From positions 19,847,590-19,911,589 of the forward strand of contig CM119264.1 of assembly GCA_051294375.1 (NCBI GenBank): a DNA stretch of 64,000 bases, in the 5' to 3' direction. This document shows positions 1 to 13,066 of this stretch, one piece after another (the stretch's first letter is position 1; each line of letters begins with the position of its first letter). This stretch comes from Paraspadella gotoi. Lineage: Eukaryota > Animalia > Chaetognatha. The notes beneath the pieces were generated by a model that did no database searches, was not told the origin of the DNA, and was given only the letters and a program-made list of their open reading frames with translations. Both the position numbers and the translations under genes were made by a program.

Positions 1-133
1 TAACCTTCTGAGACGGCAAGCTCTGTAACTCGAGTACAAATGATAATTTGCAAAAGTTTTACAGCAGCCAGATTTGAACCTGTAACCTTTTCGTAAGGTT
101 TAAGTCCGGCGCGCTAAAAGCTCGGCCAAATGA
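1..133 (-). mobile_element. tRNA-derived SINE (runs off the window)
   Basis: A box TGGCCGAG, B box GGTTCAAATC; body shared with 3733-3779. Confidence 0.55.
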
Positions 134-352
134 TTTTCACAAAAATTTGTTCAAATTAAATTATATAAACCACTAGGTTCGCTTTTAATTTTTTTAGGGC
201 GATACAAAAAAATCATTGATGTTAACAAAATAGCATTTTGTTATATTTAGAAGCCAACTGAATAAGAAACTGTGAACGATTATCAAATAATACGAAGGAA
301 ACGTAAATAGTTAATCGTTATGATGTCGCCTTTCCTTCTTTATCTTTTTAAA

Positions 353-1247
353 GTCGGATCTGTTTATCAGCACTTTGTTGGTCCGTCGGTCCAACCCCAA
401 AATCTTGTCGGTAAATCATTTTTATCATATCAGAACATCGAATTATGATAAATTATGCAAAAAAATTAGTCCGTCTGTCTGTCTGTCCGTCCATCCATCC
501 GTCTGTCCCCCCTTATCATTTAACTCCAATTACTCGTGATTGGATGGATGGATTGGAATGTAATTTTTTTGTGTGGGTGGGAAAGTGTGTGATTGAGCTG
601 GATATAAAGTTTTGATGGAATCGTGCGAGTAACAATGAGTTTAAATGAAAAAAACAAATTGCATATTTACTTATTAAAAATTGGATAGATAAATTGAAAT
701 GAAATTTTGTGTGTGGGTAGGAAAGTATGTCATTAAGCTATATATAAATTTTTGATAGAATCGTAGGAGTGGAAAAAAGTTTAAAATATAAAACCAGTTG
801 ACCAAATTATACCAGTTGACCAAATTATGCCAGGTGACCAAATTACGTCACTTGACCGAATGACCTCATTTGACCAAATTATGCCAGTTGACCACATTTT
901 GTAAGTTGAAAAAAATATACCAGTTGACCAAATTATGCCAGTTGACCATATAATGCTAATTGACCAAATTATGCCAGATGATAAAATTATGCCAGATGAC
1001 CAAATTATGTCAGTTGATTAAATTATGCAAGTTGATTAAATTATGAAATTTGACCAAATTATGCAAGTTGGTTTTGGTACAGCTACTGGTAATGATTGAT
1101 AGATCAATTGCTTTATAGATTTTTTCATAGATTTATTAAGAACTCTGTTATGATTTGTATAATCACAAATTGTCAGAAAAATTACCATGATTTATCATTG
1201 GCTTAGCTTATTATCACTTAATTATCGTAAGCAGATCCGTCATTGTT
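353..1247 (+). mobile_element. DINE-1/HINE-like element
   Basis: 5' subTIR gtcggatctg, (GTCY)n, internal tandem blocks, 18-nt minisatellite at 795-1070, 3' gcagatccg. Confidence 0.65.
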
Positions 1248-1763
1248 AGACATTTTGAGTTAGGTCATGTTATTGCTATCATGTATATTTTGAAACAGTT
1301 TGGACTACAACTTCTGTACCATAAACATTGATATCTTTTATTTTAGAGTAGATATAAGATTCTCAATGAGCATAGGACAGTTCAATTTTTTCATGATTTT
1401 TAAAAAAGCAAAATTCAAACTTTTTTTAAAAAAGATTTAATATTTTTTTATTTAAATTAATGTTTATACTTTTATAAATAAAACAAAGCTCACATGAATG
1501 TATGAAGATAAAAAAAATGAATTGGAATGATAAAAGTATAAAAAGTAAAGAGTTTAGAGAAAATGTAAATAAGAAATGAGAAATAAAAAAAAGAAATAGA
1601 TAGAGAGAGAGAAAAATTGAAAAATATAGAGGGATAGAGAATAATAAAGATAAGAGTCGTTGTTGTTTTTATGTTTATAATTATTATTATTATTATTATT
1701 GTTATTGTTATTTAGAAAAAAGTTTTGAAGATAGATTTAACAACGATTTTTATTTCATAGTGA

Positions 1764-1805
1764 AACGGACATGTTTCGACTCACATACGAGTCTTCTTCA
1801 GCGCC
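1764..1805 (-). ncRNA. Minimal type I hammerhead ribozyme motif, intact
   Basis: ggcg CUGAAGA a gacuc-guaugu-gaguc GAAA CAUGUC cguu. Confidence 0.8.
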
Positions 1806-2280
1806 AATTCAATTTGTGAATTTGAAGAGAATTTTGTGCATAAAGAAAGAGAGAGAGGGAGAGAGACAGAGCAAAGTATCCAAAACAGAGTTTGAGAGAA
1901 AGGATATTGTTCAGTTTTTTATTATTAGGGACAGGTGAAGGTGAGGACAGAGATAGTTTGTGAAAAGAAATTGAAATGGAGAGAGAGAGAGAGAGAGACA
2001 GTGCTTGAAAATATAATACATTATGAAATGTACAATAATGTTAAAATTTTGGTAAACTTTAGTAATGAATAATATCAACAATTAGCTACAGTAATAAATT
2101 AGTGAAATGAAATAGAAGTTCAGAAATGTAAAATATTTATTGTTAGTGTTAACAATAAATATTTCACATTTCTGAACTTCTACTAAAGTTTACCAAAATT
2201 TTAATATTGTTGTACATTTCATAATGTATTGTATTTTCGAAAGCATATCCTTTCTCTCAAACTCTGTGTTGGATACTTTG

Positions 2281-2391
<111 letters not shown>

Positions 2392-2426
2392 TGCACAAAA
2401 TTCTCTTCAAATTCACAAATTGAATT

Positions 2427-2468
2427 GGCGCTGAAGAAGACTTGTATGTGAGTCGAGACATGTCCGTT
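2427..2468 (+). ncRNA. Hammerhead motif, core mutated (GAAA to GAGA)
   Basis: Inverted partner of 1764-1805. Confidence 0.65.
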
Positions 2469-3552
2469 TCACTATGAAATAATAATCGTTGTTAAATCTC
2501 TCTTCAAAACTTTGTTCTAAATCAAATCACAACAAAACGGAAAGGAAAAAACACAATATTATTGTTATATATTTTTACTTTTTAAAACAAAAAAATTAAT
2601 AGTTAAAATCATTTTTTATTTTTTCTATTAAAATCAATTTCTACCAGAATGATTTTATCCAAACTTGAGATTAAGCTCAATCAACCTCTTTTCTGGCTAC
2701 ATACAATATATCAGATAAATCCATCAATTGATTCAAGTGTAATGACAGGTTAAAGTTACAGGTAGTGGACAAAAAAATAGATGTATGGAAAGATAAAAGA
2801 TTTCATTTTTTCGGATAATTTTTTTATAATTAGGTATTTTAAGATGAACCAAGTAATTTACCAACAAGATATGAAGGGTAGACAAATAAATGGATGAAAT
2901 GGTCTATATAATTATACTATTATAGGAAAAATATAATTTTATATTTTAATTTTTTTAAATTATCTTATATTTAGCCATATCGTAACTACCAAATATTATT
3001 TTGCATTATTTTTTTTCATATATGAATAAAACCATAATGTTTCATATAATTTTTTTTGAGAGATAGAAATTTCAATCACCGATTTTTTTTTATGGTTGCA
3101 TATTCTACGCCACGCTAACTTTCATCGTGTCTTAATAACAAGTCACAGATGCTCAGTCTATAATAATGGGTATTTACAAGGTCAAAGTTGATCATATAGA
3201 GAGACATGGCAAGTAATCAAAGGTAAGTTTAGTAAGGTCACTTTTCACTGAGGTTGCGTGTTGTTGTTGTTGCTCTGCACATCCCCCCCATAGCTTTGAC
3301 CGGATGGGGAGAAAGCTTGAGTGAGTCATTATATTGCATCGTCATTTTCGTTGTCATCTTCCGGCGACTGAAGCACATTCAAGAAGAACGTTCAAAAGGC
3401 CGAGAATTGAAGAAACTTTATATCGAGCATAATCAAAGAAATTGTGAACGAATCTCTCTCTGATATTTCAAAATCATTTTAGGTTGGCACACAAAAAATA
3501 AAAGAAAAATCAAAATTTATATTAAGGTATTTGAAAAGAATTTTTTTTTAAC

Positions 3553-3800
3553 GAGATGGCCCAGTGGTTAAAGAACTAGGACTTCGACGCCGAATGGTGA
3601 GGTGGCATTCGAATCCCACTGTAGGTAACCTTTTACAATAAACTGCTATGTTTCAAAAGTGGTCCTAGAGCAATGGCTTACTGAAGGGGGAGTAGTCATA
3701 CTAGTAATCGATATCAAGACGAAAACTCGCTTTCAAATTATCATTTATACTCAAGTTACAGAGCTTTCCGTCTCAGAAATTCTAGACGGATGCTACTGTA
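3553..3800 (+). mobile_element. tRNA-derived SINE
   Basis: A box TGGCCCAGTGG, B box ATTCGAATCC; no intact cloverleaf. Confidence 0.6.
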
Positions 3801-4741
3801 CACTGTACAGAGAGTTAAACAGTTAAGAATTTTGACATTTTTTCCAATTTTGATACTGAAGACAAAACAATTTGTTTTATATTTTTGATCTAACTTTTTA
3901 TGAGAAATCTGAATTTTTAAAAAAATTTTCAAAAAAATTATTTTGAAATTTTTTTTATCTTATAAGGATAATACTATTATATATATTGTATTTTGCTTTT
4001 TTGTTCCTGAAACAATATTAACAAAATACTTTTTGTATTCAATAATCATACTATTTCGCATAAAATATTATGGTTAATTAACTCAAATCAAATTTTTGTT
4101 CTCAAGTACTCCACTCTATTGTGGAATGGCCGTCACATGATAGGTAAGAATGGAATACTCAACAAGTCGGCCTCCTAGTAGATGAAATTGAACAATTACA
4201 CTCATGTTTCTGATTCACTCCCTTCCTTTGCAAACGATTGTAGTTGGATATTTTGCCTTTCACGCTTCTGTATAACACGAGTTATGCGTTAGTGGGACAG
4301 ACAAATCAACAAGAACAAAAAGTGACTTATGGAGATTCTCATCAAGTTTTTAGTTTTAAATAAAAATATTTACTATAACTTTATTTCTTTTTATATATTG
4401 TTTTTCACTTATTTTAGAAAAAAGTCTTAAATAGATTTAATTTCTTATCCTTGCATAATTTTTTTTCAATTTTACAGTCTCGTTAGTAATGATTATGCAA
4501 GTTAATTAAATATGCTCCTCTTGAAATTTTTATTCAATAATAATTGATTTCATAGCGAATAGTGATCACATAGTGTATATCAGGCTTTTTAACAGATAAC
4601 CGCACAAGTGAAAAGCTACTCATGTTTACAGTATATTAGAAGCAGAATAAACTAGACATAATTTTGATTTGTTCGATAATATAGTATATATTTTAAGGGA
4701 CAAAAAGACATATTTATTCGTTTACAGATCAAGAGATATTA

Positions 4742-6314
4742 CATGGTGACAATTTTACAAGCGCCGGTAGAAATACGCTGTCATTTGCAAACCAGTGGTT
4801 ATTTCATTGATTTTAAAAATTAGTTGAGTAGGACATATTAAAGTCATTTATGGGTTCAAATTTTATATTGATCAGTTAAGATATGCTTTGGCAACGAGTG
4901 GAGAATAAGGCGCAGTAAAATTGCTAAATTTAACTTTAATTAAAATTCTAAAACAAGTGAGGAATGAACAACACTATACTAATGAACATTTATGTAATAA
5001 AAAAATTTAGAATAAATTTTACAATTTACACAGTAGGCCATATTTATACTAGTACTAAACCAATAAATGTTAAAATTTCAAAACAGTTTTTTCTAAGATA
5101 TTTTTGCAGATTTGGATTCGTCATAAAAAGTTGATAAAAGAAAATATACTCTTTTTGAAAAATTCTTTCATTAAGTGGGTAAAAATTAGAAAAAGCTATA
5201 TTTTAAGTTAAAATTAACTTTTTATATATTAAATATAGTTTTTTAAATTTTTAACCCACTTAATGAAAGAATTTTTAAAAATGATTTATATTTTCTTTTA
5301 TCAACTTTTGACGAGGAATTCAAATCTGCAATCAAAATTAAGAAGAGCCTATTTTGAAATTTTGAAATTTTATAAGGATAGTACTATATATAAATATAGC
5401 CTACTGCGAAAATTAAAAAACATAAAATTAATTTTTTTTACAAATTAATGTTCACTGATGGTATGTTGTTCATAATTGACTTTTAGAATCTGCGTATGTA
5501 ACTTTCACTACGCCTTAGTGGAGAAAGTTGGCTTGTAAAATCGGGTTTCATTTTCTAACTCACTTTTTTAGTTTCAATTTTTTTTCTTACTTTCATTAAG
5601 TTTTTTGAAGAAATTTAAAATAAAATAATATTAATATTATTATCTTCTGAAAGCCCTTTCAAATCTAAAAGAATGACATACTTGCAAATACTGTAATATA
5701 AAATTTAACCGGCCCAGCTTTAATTTAATTAGGATACTCAAAAACAAGACATCTTTCCAAAAATCAATAGATGGAGGGTAAATTTAGGATTTTTATCAAA
5801 TTGTGATTGGCTATCTTAAATCTCCTTTTTTCAGGCTCTTTTATGATACTTATATAAAATAAATATTTTATGTTATAATAATTTAATCAGGTCATATATT
5901 TTAAAAAAAGATTTGAAATTTTAGATAATTTACTTTTGACTCTCTTAATTGAACCAAGGCTGGCAGCTTAATTTTTATGTTAGAGCTTTCGTTAGTATCT
6001 CATTATCTTCATTTTTTAAGGGCTTTCTGAGGATATTAATATTGTTAATATCTTAATAAATTTGTTTTTTAAAAAAGAGCTAAAAGTTGAAAAAAAATTG
6101 AATTTAAAAACAGTGAGTTGGAAAATGAAACCCGATTTTACAAGCCAACTTTCTCCACTCATTGCCAAGGCATATCTTAACTGATCAATATAAAATTTGA
6201 ACACATAAATGACTTTAATATGTTCTACTCAACTGATTTTTAAAATCAATGAAATAACCACTGGTTTGCAAATGACAGCATATTTCTACCGGCGCTTGTA
6301 AAATTGTCACCATG
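4742..6314. mobile_element. Tc1/mariner-type fold-back MITE
   Basis: Long TIRs catggtgacaattttacaagcgccggtag..., TA TSD; truncated relative at 27558-28743. Confidence 0.85.
4906..5517. mobile_element. hAT-like MITE nested in the TIR of the 4742 MITE
   Basis: TIR taaggcg(c/t)agt, perfect 8-bp TSD gtggagaa. Confidence 0.8.
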
Positions 6315-6345
6315 TACTCACAAGAAACGGGGCACTGGCTAAGTA

Positions 6346-8158
6346 CACTGCGGCGCAAAAAAAAGTTCCCAATTTTTTAGGACGAGATAAGCCAAATGTA
6401 TAGAAACTATTTGAAAGAACTATGTTTTAAAAGTGATAAAAGGTTATTCATATATAACTTACCACAGATAACTTTTAGATATTTTTTGCTCATTTTTTTA
6501 TATAGCGATTTTTTTTTGTAGCAGGAGCTTTTTTAAACTACACTGAATATACTTTAACTCTAATATTTATATTTTAGTTTATATATTATTATATAAATAA
6601 CAAAATATATAAAAAAAAATTTTATAAAATTTTATAAAGACCTTAACTTTAACAGCACTTAACAATCTCTTATTTTTTTAAGAAAAAAATTTTAAAAAAT
6701 CATGGTAGGACCATATATCCAGACAAAATTAAAAAAATCATTACTCTAAAACTTTTATTTTTTTAAAAATATGAATAAATATTCCAATCATGCTTTTTTT
6801 TAGCTTTTAGCTGATATAAATAGGTTTAATTTGGATACTTACATTAAAAGGTCAAAATAAAAAAATTGAAGATAAGAACTACCACTATCTTATTTTAAAA
6901 AGACCACGGAAAAATATTAACCGTGAGGAGGAGGAGGCGACGCGAAGATCTTCTTCCCCCTCCCATTTCGCTTCCTTCTCCTTTTCGATCATATTTATTA
7001 TATTTATTACAATGCGCATATATAAAAACGATTAAATGTTTTGAAAACATCCAAATCGCCCTGTAGTTGCTTAAAAAATTATTTTTAGTCTGATCTGCTT
7101 TCCAGTAGATCCCGACTCTATTATTCACTTTGTCGATCCGGCCCACAATCTTGTCGGGCATTAACTTATTTCATGTCACAACATCGAATTATGATAAATT
7201 ATGCAAAAAAAATGTCCGTCCATCCGTTCGTCTGTCTGTCCGTCCGTCCCACCTTAGCAAAAAACTCTAATTACTCGTGATTGGATGGTTCGATTGGAAT
7301 CAAATTTGGTGTGTGGGTAGGGAAGTGTGTGATTGAGCTAGATATGAAGTTTCGATGGAAACGTGCGAGGGGAAATGAGTTTAAATATAAAAAGCAAAAA
7401 AAATATATTTCACTATTTGAACGCCAATTAGTCATGGGTGGATGGGTGGATGGGGCGATTGACATGAAATTTTTTATGTGGGTAGGAAAGTTTGTGATTG
7501 AGCAGGAAATAATGTTTCGATGGAATCGTCTGGGTGGAAATGAGTTTAAATGGAAATAACAAAAAACATGTTTTGCTATTTGATTATGCTTCTTTTTCTT
7601 TTTATATTAAATGTAAATGCAAGATGTATTAATTAATCAAATAATTAATCAGTTAATTAATTAGTCAATTAAAAAATCAATAATTAATTAATCAGTCAAT
7701 AATCAATCAATCAATTAATCAATCAATTTATCAATTAATTATTTAATAAATCGATCAAATCAATCGTTATCGGCATTATTGTCATCGTTGCCATTATCGT
7801 CGACGTTGCTTTTTTCGTGACGTTCAAACAGGGCAGGACGTAAAGTTTTGTCTAATTTTATGGTCCCAAACCTGTATACTTCCTACCCTTTTTAATCTTA
7901 AATTATATTATCATTATATTATTTTTATATCAAAAGCGTTTGTCAGGACGTTAAACTGGAGAAATCTATTTTTCCCCAATTTCGTTTTAAACTTTGGATT
8001 ATAAAGTGTTGATTTACTTGTCTAAACCTATTTAAATTTTTTTTGAACAGACCGATAGATTTTTAAAATAGGTTTATTTTCCATAATTATTTTTTTACAA
8101 CTAGATATGTGGTCGTATTTTAGGCAAGAAAGTGAAAACATTTTTATGCGCCCCAGTG
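6346..8158. mobile_element. Tc1/mariner-type MITE with a nested HINE-like repeat
   Basis: TIR cactg(c/g)ggcgca.aaaaa, TA flanks. Confidence 0.65.
7088..7760 (+). mobile_element. HINE-like element, 3' end unclear
   Basis: Same head, (GTCY)n and internal repeat. Confidence 0.6.
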
Positions 8159-8163
8159 TATAT

Positions 8164-8761
8164 TAGGGTGAAGTGAAAGTTTGGAATCAAAATTTAGCAG
8201 TTATATCTTGAAAGCTATCATATTAGTGAATACTAATCTATAATTATTTTTCTTTTTTTACAAATATAGTAGCCCAGTTAGCTTATTTTGTATATTGTAC
8301 TACCCTTATATAATGTCAAAATTTCAAAATATTTTTTTTGAAATTCTGAGAACAGATTCAAATTCCTCGTTAAAAGTTAATAAAAAAAATATAAATCTTT
8401 TTCAAAAATTATGTCATTAAATAGGTTAAAATTATAAAAAACTATATTTTTAAGCTTGAAATTAAAAATCAGTATTTTAAATATAGTTTTTTACATTTTT
8501 AACCATCTTAATGAAAGAATATACTTTCTTATATCAATTTTTTACAAGAAATCCTAATCCGATCTTAAAAATTAAAAATTTGAAATTTGAAATTTTAGCC
8601 TATTATATACTTATTACTATATATAAATATAGCTCACTGGTGCCCACTAATGTATAAAATTAAAAAATATATTTACCAATGTATTTTTATTGGTTTTTAT
8701 ATTCATGTTTTATATGCTAAATTTTATTTTTTTTAAATTTTATCATTTTCATATCACTCTA
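8164..8761. mobile_element. hAT-like MITE
   Basis: TIR tag(g/a)gtga..tgaaa, TSD gtgta(t/c)at; near-identical copy at 32166. Confidence 0.8.
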
Positions 8762-9144
8762 GTGTACATAGTTGTAAAAGTAGCTTTACAAAGTTTTAAT
8801 TACTCAAGTTTCATTGTTTAAAAGATTTTGAAAAAAGTAGCTTTTTGCATTTATGTATTACTTCGGTCATAATTTTTTGGTTATCTTTTTTTTTTATGAA
8901 ACCATGATTTTAATTCTTCAGTCAAGGCTAATATTAGGAAAATTTTCCTAATTCAGAAAATTGCCTGTCTATAATATGTAAAACAATTTGGAGTTCCAAT
9001 GATATGATGCATCTTTTATAGAGATTTCTTCATGATTAGTGAAAACAATATATTGCATGTTTTTACAAAAATATTTTAAAAAACTACGTATTCTTTTTCT
9101 AAATTATGTAAAATTTTCTATTCTTCACCCTGATTTCAAAACAG

Positions 9145-9420
9145 AGCTGGATCTTCCTTCAAAAGCACTTGAAGACCGAAAGGTTTCTCCAAAAACCGAT
9201 GTCGAACTTACTTGTGAGATTCCAGACGATGCTGGAGTCAAGACAGAATGGTTTAAAGATGGAAAACCAATAGTAGTACCTAGTGATAAATTTGAAGAAA
9301 AAATAATAGGAAACAAAAGAACTCTAATTGTAAAGTGTGCAGAGAAGCAAGATCAAGGAACATTTACTTGTGAAACACCTAAATTCAAGTCATCAGCTAT
9401 TTTAGAAGTAACAACAGAAT
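9145..9420 (+). CDS. Titin-like giant protein, Ig I-set exon (type a, copy 1)
   Basis: acAG|...|GTAAGT, 276 nt, phase 1-1; VELTCEI...TEWFKDG...RTLIVK.AEKQDQGTFTC has the I-set C, W and D.G.(Y/F).C pattern. Confidence 0.9.
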
Positions 9421-9490
9421 GTAAGTTTTGAAATAAAAAAAAGGAACTATTTTTTCCAAATAATCAAAATTTATAATACAAAATTTTTAG

Positions 9491-9760
9491 CTATTACGGC
9501 TATTGAACCAATAAAGGATACATCAGAAATGGTTGGGGGATCTGCTCAGTTCAAATGCAAGTTACCATTTGAAGGCGCGCAAATCGAATGGATACATAAT
9601 GGTCAAACAATAGACCCATCAAAAAACCCTGAAAAGTATATTGTAATCACTGATGGATTATTCAAAATATTAAAAATCAAAGATTTGAAGCAATCCGAAC
9701 AAGGCACTATTGCCATGAAAATTGGAGAAAACATTTGCTCTGCAAAACTGAACGTCAGGG
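9491..9760 (+). CDS. Titin-like protein, Ig I-set exon (type b, copy 1)
   Basis: ttttAG|...|GTAGG after a 70-nt intron, 270 nt, phase 1-1; EPIKD..EMVGGSAQFKCKL...IEWIHNG...LKIKDL...QGT. Confidence 0.9.
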
Positions 9761-10284
9761 GTAGGTTCCATATTCTATTTAACTTTTCAAATTTCTTACC
9801 TCACAAGAGCGTTATTTACTAAAAAGTTTGAAAAGTTTACAAAATAATTTTATGTATGCTGAGTTGAGGTAAATGCATATTATCATATGTTTCCCTCCTG
9901 GGTAGTCACTTGACCACTAGAGCGATGTGAATCTTTCCCTAAAGGTAATCAAAAATTATTTTGAAATTGTAGAAATTTTTAAGGTTATTACTAAAAATAA
10001 AATACAGTTTGTACTAATATTATGTTTAAAAATTTTAAAGTGTATAATTTTTTTGAAAAAATATCGCTCCACCCTACCGCTTATCGTTTAACGCAACTAT
10101 AGATTATTATATAAATTTTTAAAAAATGAATCATACCATTTTATAATTATGTAATACCCAACAAAACCAAAATTTGTAAAATAATTATATTTTCAAAATT
10201 ATAGAACAAATAACAATGAAGGTAGGGCGAGCCAAATTCAAATTTTAATGGGAACATCATTAAAGATATCCATTATCGGTATTA

Positions 10285-10999
10285 TAGTGTGTCCCAATAG
10301 TACTGTCGGTTAATAAAAGCTTACTGCTCCTATACCAAATCGATAAGCGCACAAGTATGAACCATTTTATTGAACAAAGCAAACTCTTGTAGTTTTGACA
10401 TAAATTAATTGTTAAAAATTTATTTTCAGTGATTTTTAAAAAAAATTATTAGATTATATATTTTTGAATATTTAATAAATATTTGATATATTATTTAATA
10501 AATAATCTTATAAATTGTTTTCCTAGATGAAGGACAGTAGGAAACAACCTCATATTTTTAGCTACAGTGCTTTTATAATGCAATAGTTATTATTTTTAAA
10601 ATTATCTACTTACCTTGTTTATATTATTTTTTAAATTAATTTAATAATAATTTATGGAATAAATAGCAACCATTTTGTTCTGACTTAATGACTTAATCAC
10701 TGAAAATTTGATATAACAGAATTTTAAAATTATAATAATTAGGATATTTTTATAATTTTTTATTATATGCTTTTTCTATTTTATTAATGCATTTTTTTTT
10801 ACACAAAAACCAAAAATAATCTCAAAATTTCAATGGACTCATTTAAATTAAATATTTTTCAAAGAAAATTAATAAAAAATGGATTTTAAATATAGTATTA
10901 TAAATTGTAAGGACCTATCTTTGACACCATTATCTCAGAAATAAGATATAACAACACAACACTATATATAAAAGTTAACAGTAACATTGGGACACACTG
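10285..10999. mobile_element. Tc1/mariner-type MITE
   Basis: TIR (c/t)agtgtgtcccaat..tactgt, TA TSD; empty site near 11395. Confidence 0.75.
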
Positions 11000-12388
11000 T
11001 AATTATTGTGTTAAAATATTTATTTGCTAAAATGTTCTGAACCATGAGTAATTTGTAAATTTTATTTGTATAATGTTATGTAATGTTAAAATTTTGGGGG
11101 ATGTTTTTGGATAGTTTTTTTGATAAAGCTCAAAAAGTTGAACAAAAAATATAATTACAACTTTTTAAAATTTTGATGTTTTATTAGCAAAAATTAGGAA
11201 AAAGTGTTAAAATTATCGTAAGATGATGATGATTTTTTAAAGTTTTAATCAATTTTGACCCACTTATCACGGAAATGTATGAATTTTCATTTTGGAAAGT
11301 TCTAAAATCAAATTTTTGATCCACCCCATTGATATTGACATTGACCAAATTCAAATTTTAATGGGAACAGCATAAAACAAATCCATTATTGGTATTAGTT
11401 ATTGTTTTAAAATTTTTTTTTGAAAATGTAATTACAACTTTTTAAAATTTTGATGTTTAATTACTGAAAATTATTAAAAACTGCTAAAATCATCGGATGA
11501 TGATAATGATGATTTTTTAAGGTTTTTCTTAATTTTGACCTACCTATCATCAAAATATTAAAAAAAGAATTATACTTTGTGTAGACATCGTTTCATAAGC
11601 TATCTGAATTGCTTTTAAAAATACAAAATTAAAAAAAAAATTGACATTTCCTTTCTATAAATATATTTTTAAACAAAATTACTAATGCTTCTAGTCATTT
11701 TAGTAAATTTTGATCTATTGAAAGTTTTCTCAGAAATATATAAAGTTTCATTTGGGAAGGTTCCCAAATCAAACTTCTAACCTACCCCATTGACAAAGAT
11801 TGACCCTATTATGAGGGATCACCATTTGGTAATAGCTCGCCTATACCTGGATTAGAGCATTTAAAAATAACAAAATTTAACAAATCGAATAAGGTACATA
11901 GCTATTATACCCCGTGTCCGTTCGCGAGTGACACCAAAAAAATACATACTATTCCTCAATGGATGAATATTTTTATTTTTTTTCTCATTCTATGGCAAAG
12001 TATTGGACGTTTATTATATTTTATTTTCATAAAATTAATTTTATATTTACTTAGGCAATATAACCTTTCCTTGATGGTCATCCAATTTCATCTTCAGTAA
12101 AAAACTGATTTAAAAAAAAATCATTATAAATTAATTACTCATTAATTACTAAAAAAAATATTGAAATTCATTTACACCATTAAATGAAGCATTAACTGGG
12201 AATCCTTATGATATAAAATAATTATTCAATACAATAAAAAACATGGTCAGGACAGCATTTTTTTCTTTTGGACGAATTGTACAAAGAAAACTTAAGAATT
12301 ACAAATAAAAAATAAATAAAAAATCATTACTCAAAAATTTCTAAACATTACTATAATTCCGATACGCCAATTTTACTGTTTTAGATAA

Positions 12389-12819
12389 TTTGGGAAAAAT
12401 GATTTTTGTTTCACAACGAATTTTATTTTATCATATAAATCTCATTTGTCCAAACCAAGGGGGGCCAGCTCACTTTGAGCTCTATCTTAATTCTTAATTT
12501 CTAACTTTATTAACAATTCTTTACACTAAATGTATCTTCTCACTTTCACATTTCATTTTCACCTTCACTTATTTATTTATTAAATAGTTAATTGTTAATA
12601 ACAATTTAAAAACTTTATTTGTTGTACATTTGAAATGTAATATTATTTTCTCTCTCCCTGTCTCTCTCCCTCTATCTCTCCCTCTCTCTCCCAATCTCTC
12701 TCACTCTGACCATTTCATTTCTTATTCAAAACTAAAATCTCTATCTGTCCTCATTCTTAACCTGTCCTCACCACTTGACCACTATTCTTTTTTCTCAACT
12801 CTGTGTTGGAAACTTTGCC

Positions 12820-12884
<65 letters not shown>

Positions 12885-13066
12885 TCTCTCTCTCCCTTCT
12901 TTCACACAAAAAACTGTACAAATTTTCACAAATCATTGACGCTGAAGAAGGCTTGCATCCAAAGCCGAAACATGTACGTTTATATGATAAAATAAAATTC
13001 GTTGTGAAACAAAAATCATTTTGCCCAAATACATATAACAACGAAAAAGAAAGGTTACTACCACTA
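12389..13066 (+). mobile_element. PLE-like family 1 element
   Basis: IR 12389-12439/12979-13030, (CT)n body, tail aacgaaaaagaaagg, 12-bp TSD tgttttagataa (12377-12388/13067-13078). Confidence 0.8.
12938..12980 (+). ncRNA. Minimal type I hammerhead ribozyme motif, intact, sense to the host gene
   Basis: gacg CUGAAGA a ggcuu-gcaucca-aagcc GAAA CAUGUA cguu; predicted cleavage after 12976. Confidence 0.8.

Noticed and set aside
3553-3625. Functional tRNA gene (also 60-133, 42624 and 46290-46360)
   Set aside because: A/B boxes are present but the stems are broken and shared repeat bodies follow, so these are treated as SINE heads
7281-7559. ORFs within the aaagtgtgtgattgagctgg repeat (also 21269, 29236 and 30846)
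   Set aside because: Frames are not conserved among the repeat copies
12440-12496. PNQGGPAHFELYLNS* as a family 1 endonuclease C-terminus
   Set aside because: Too short and too weakly similar to support
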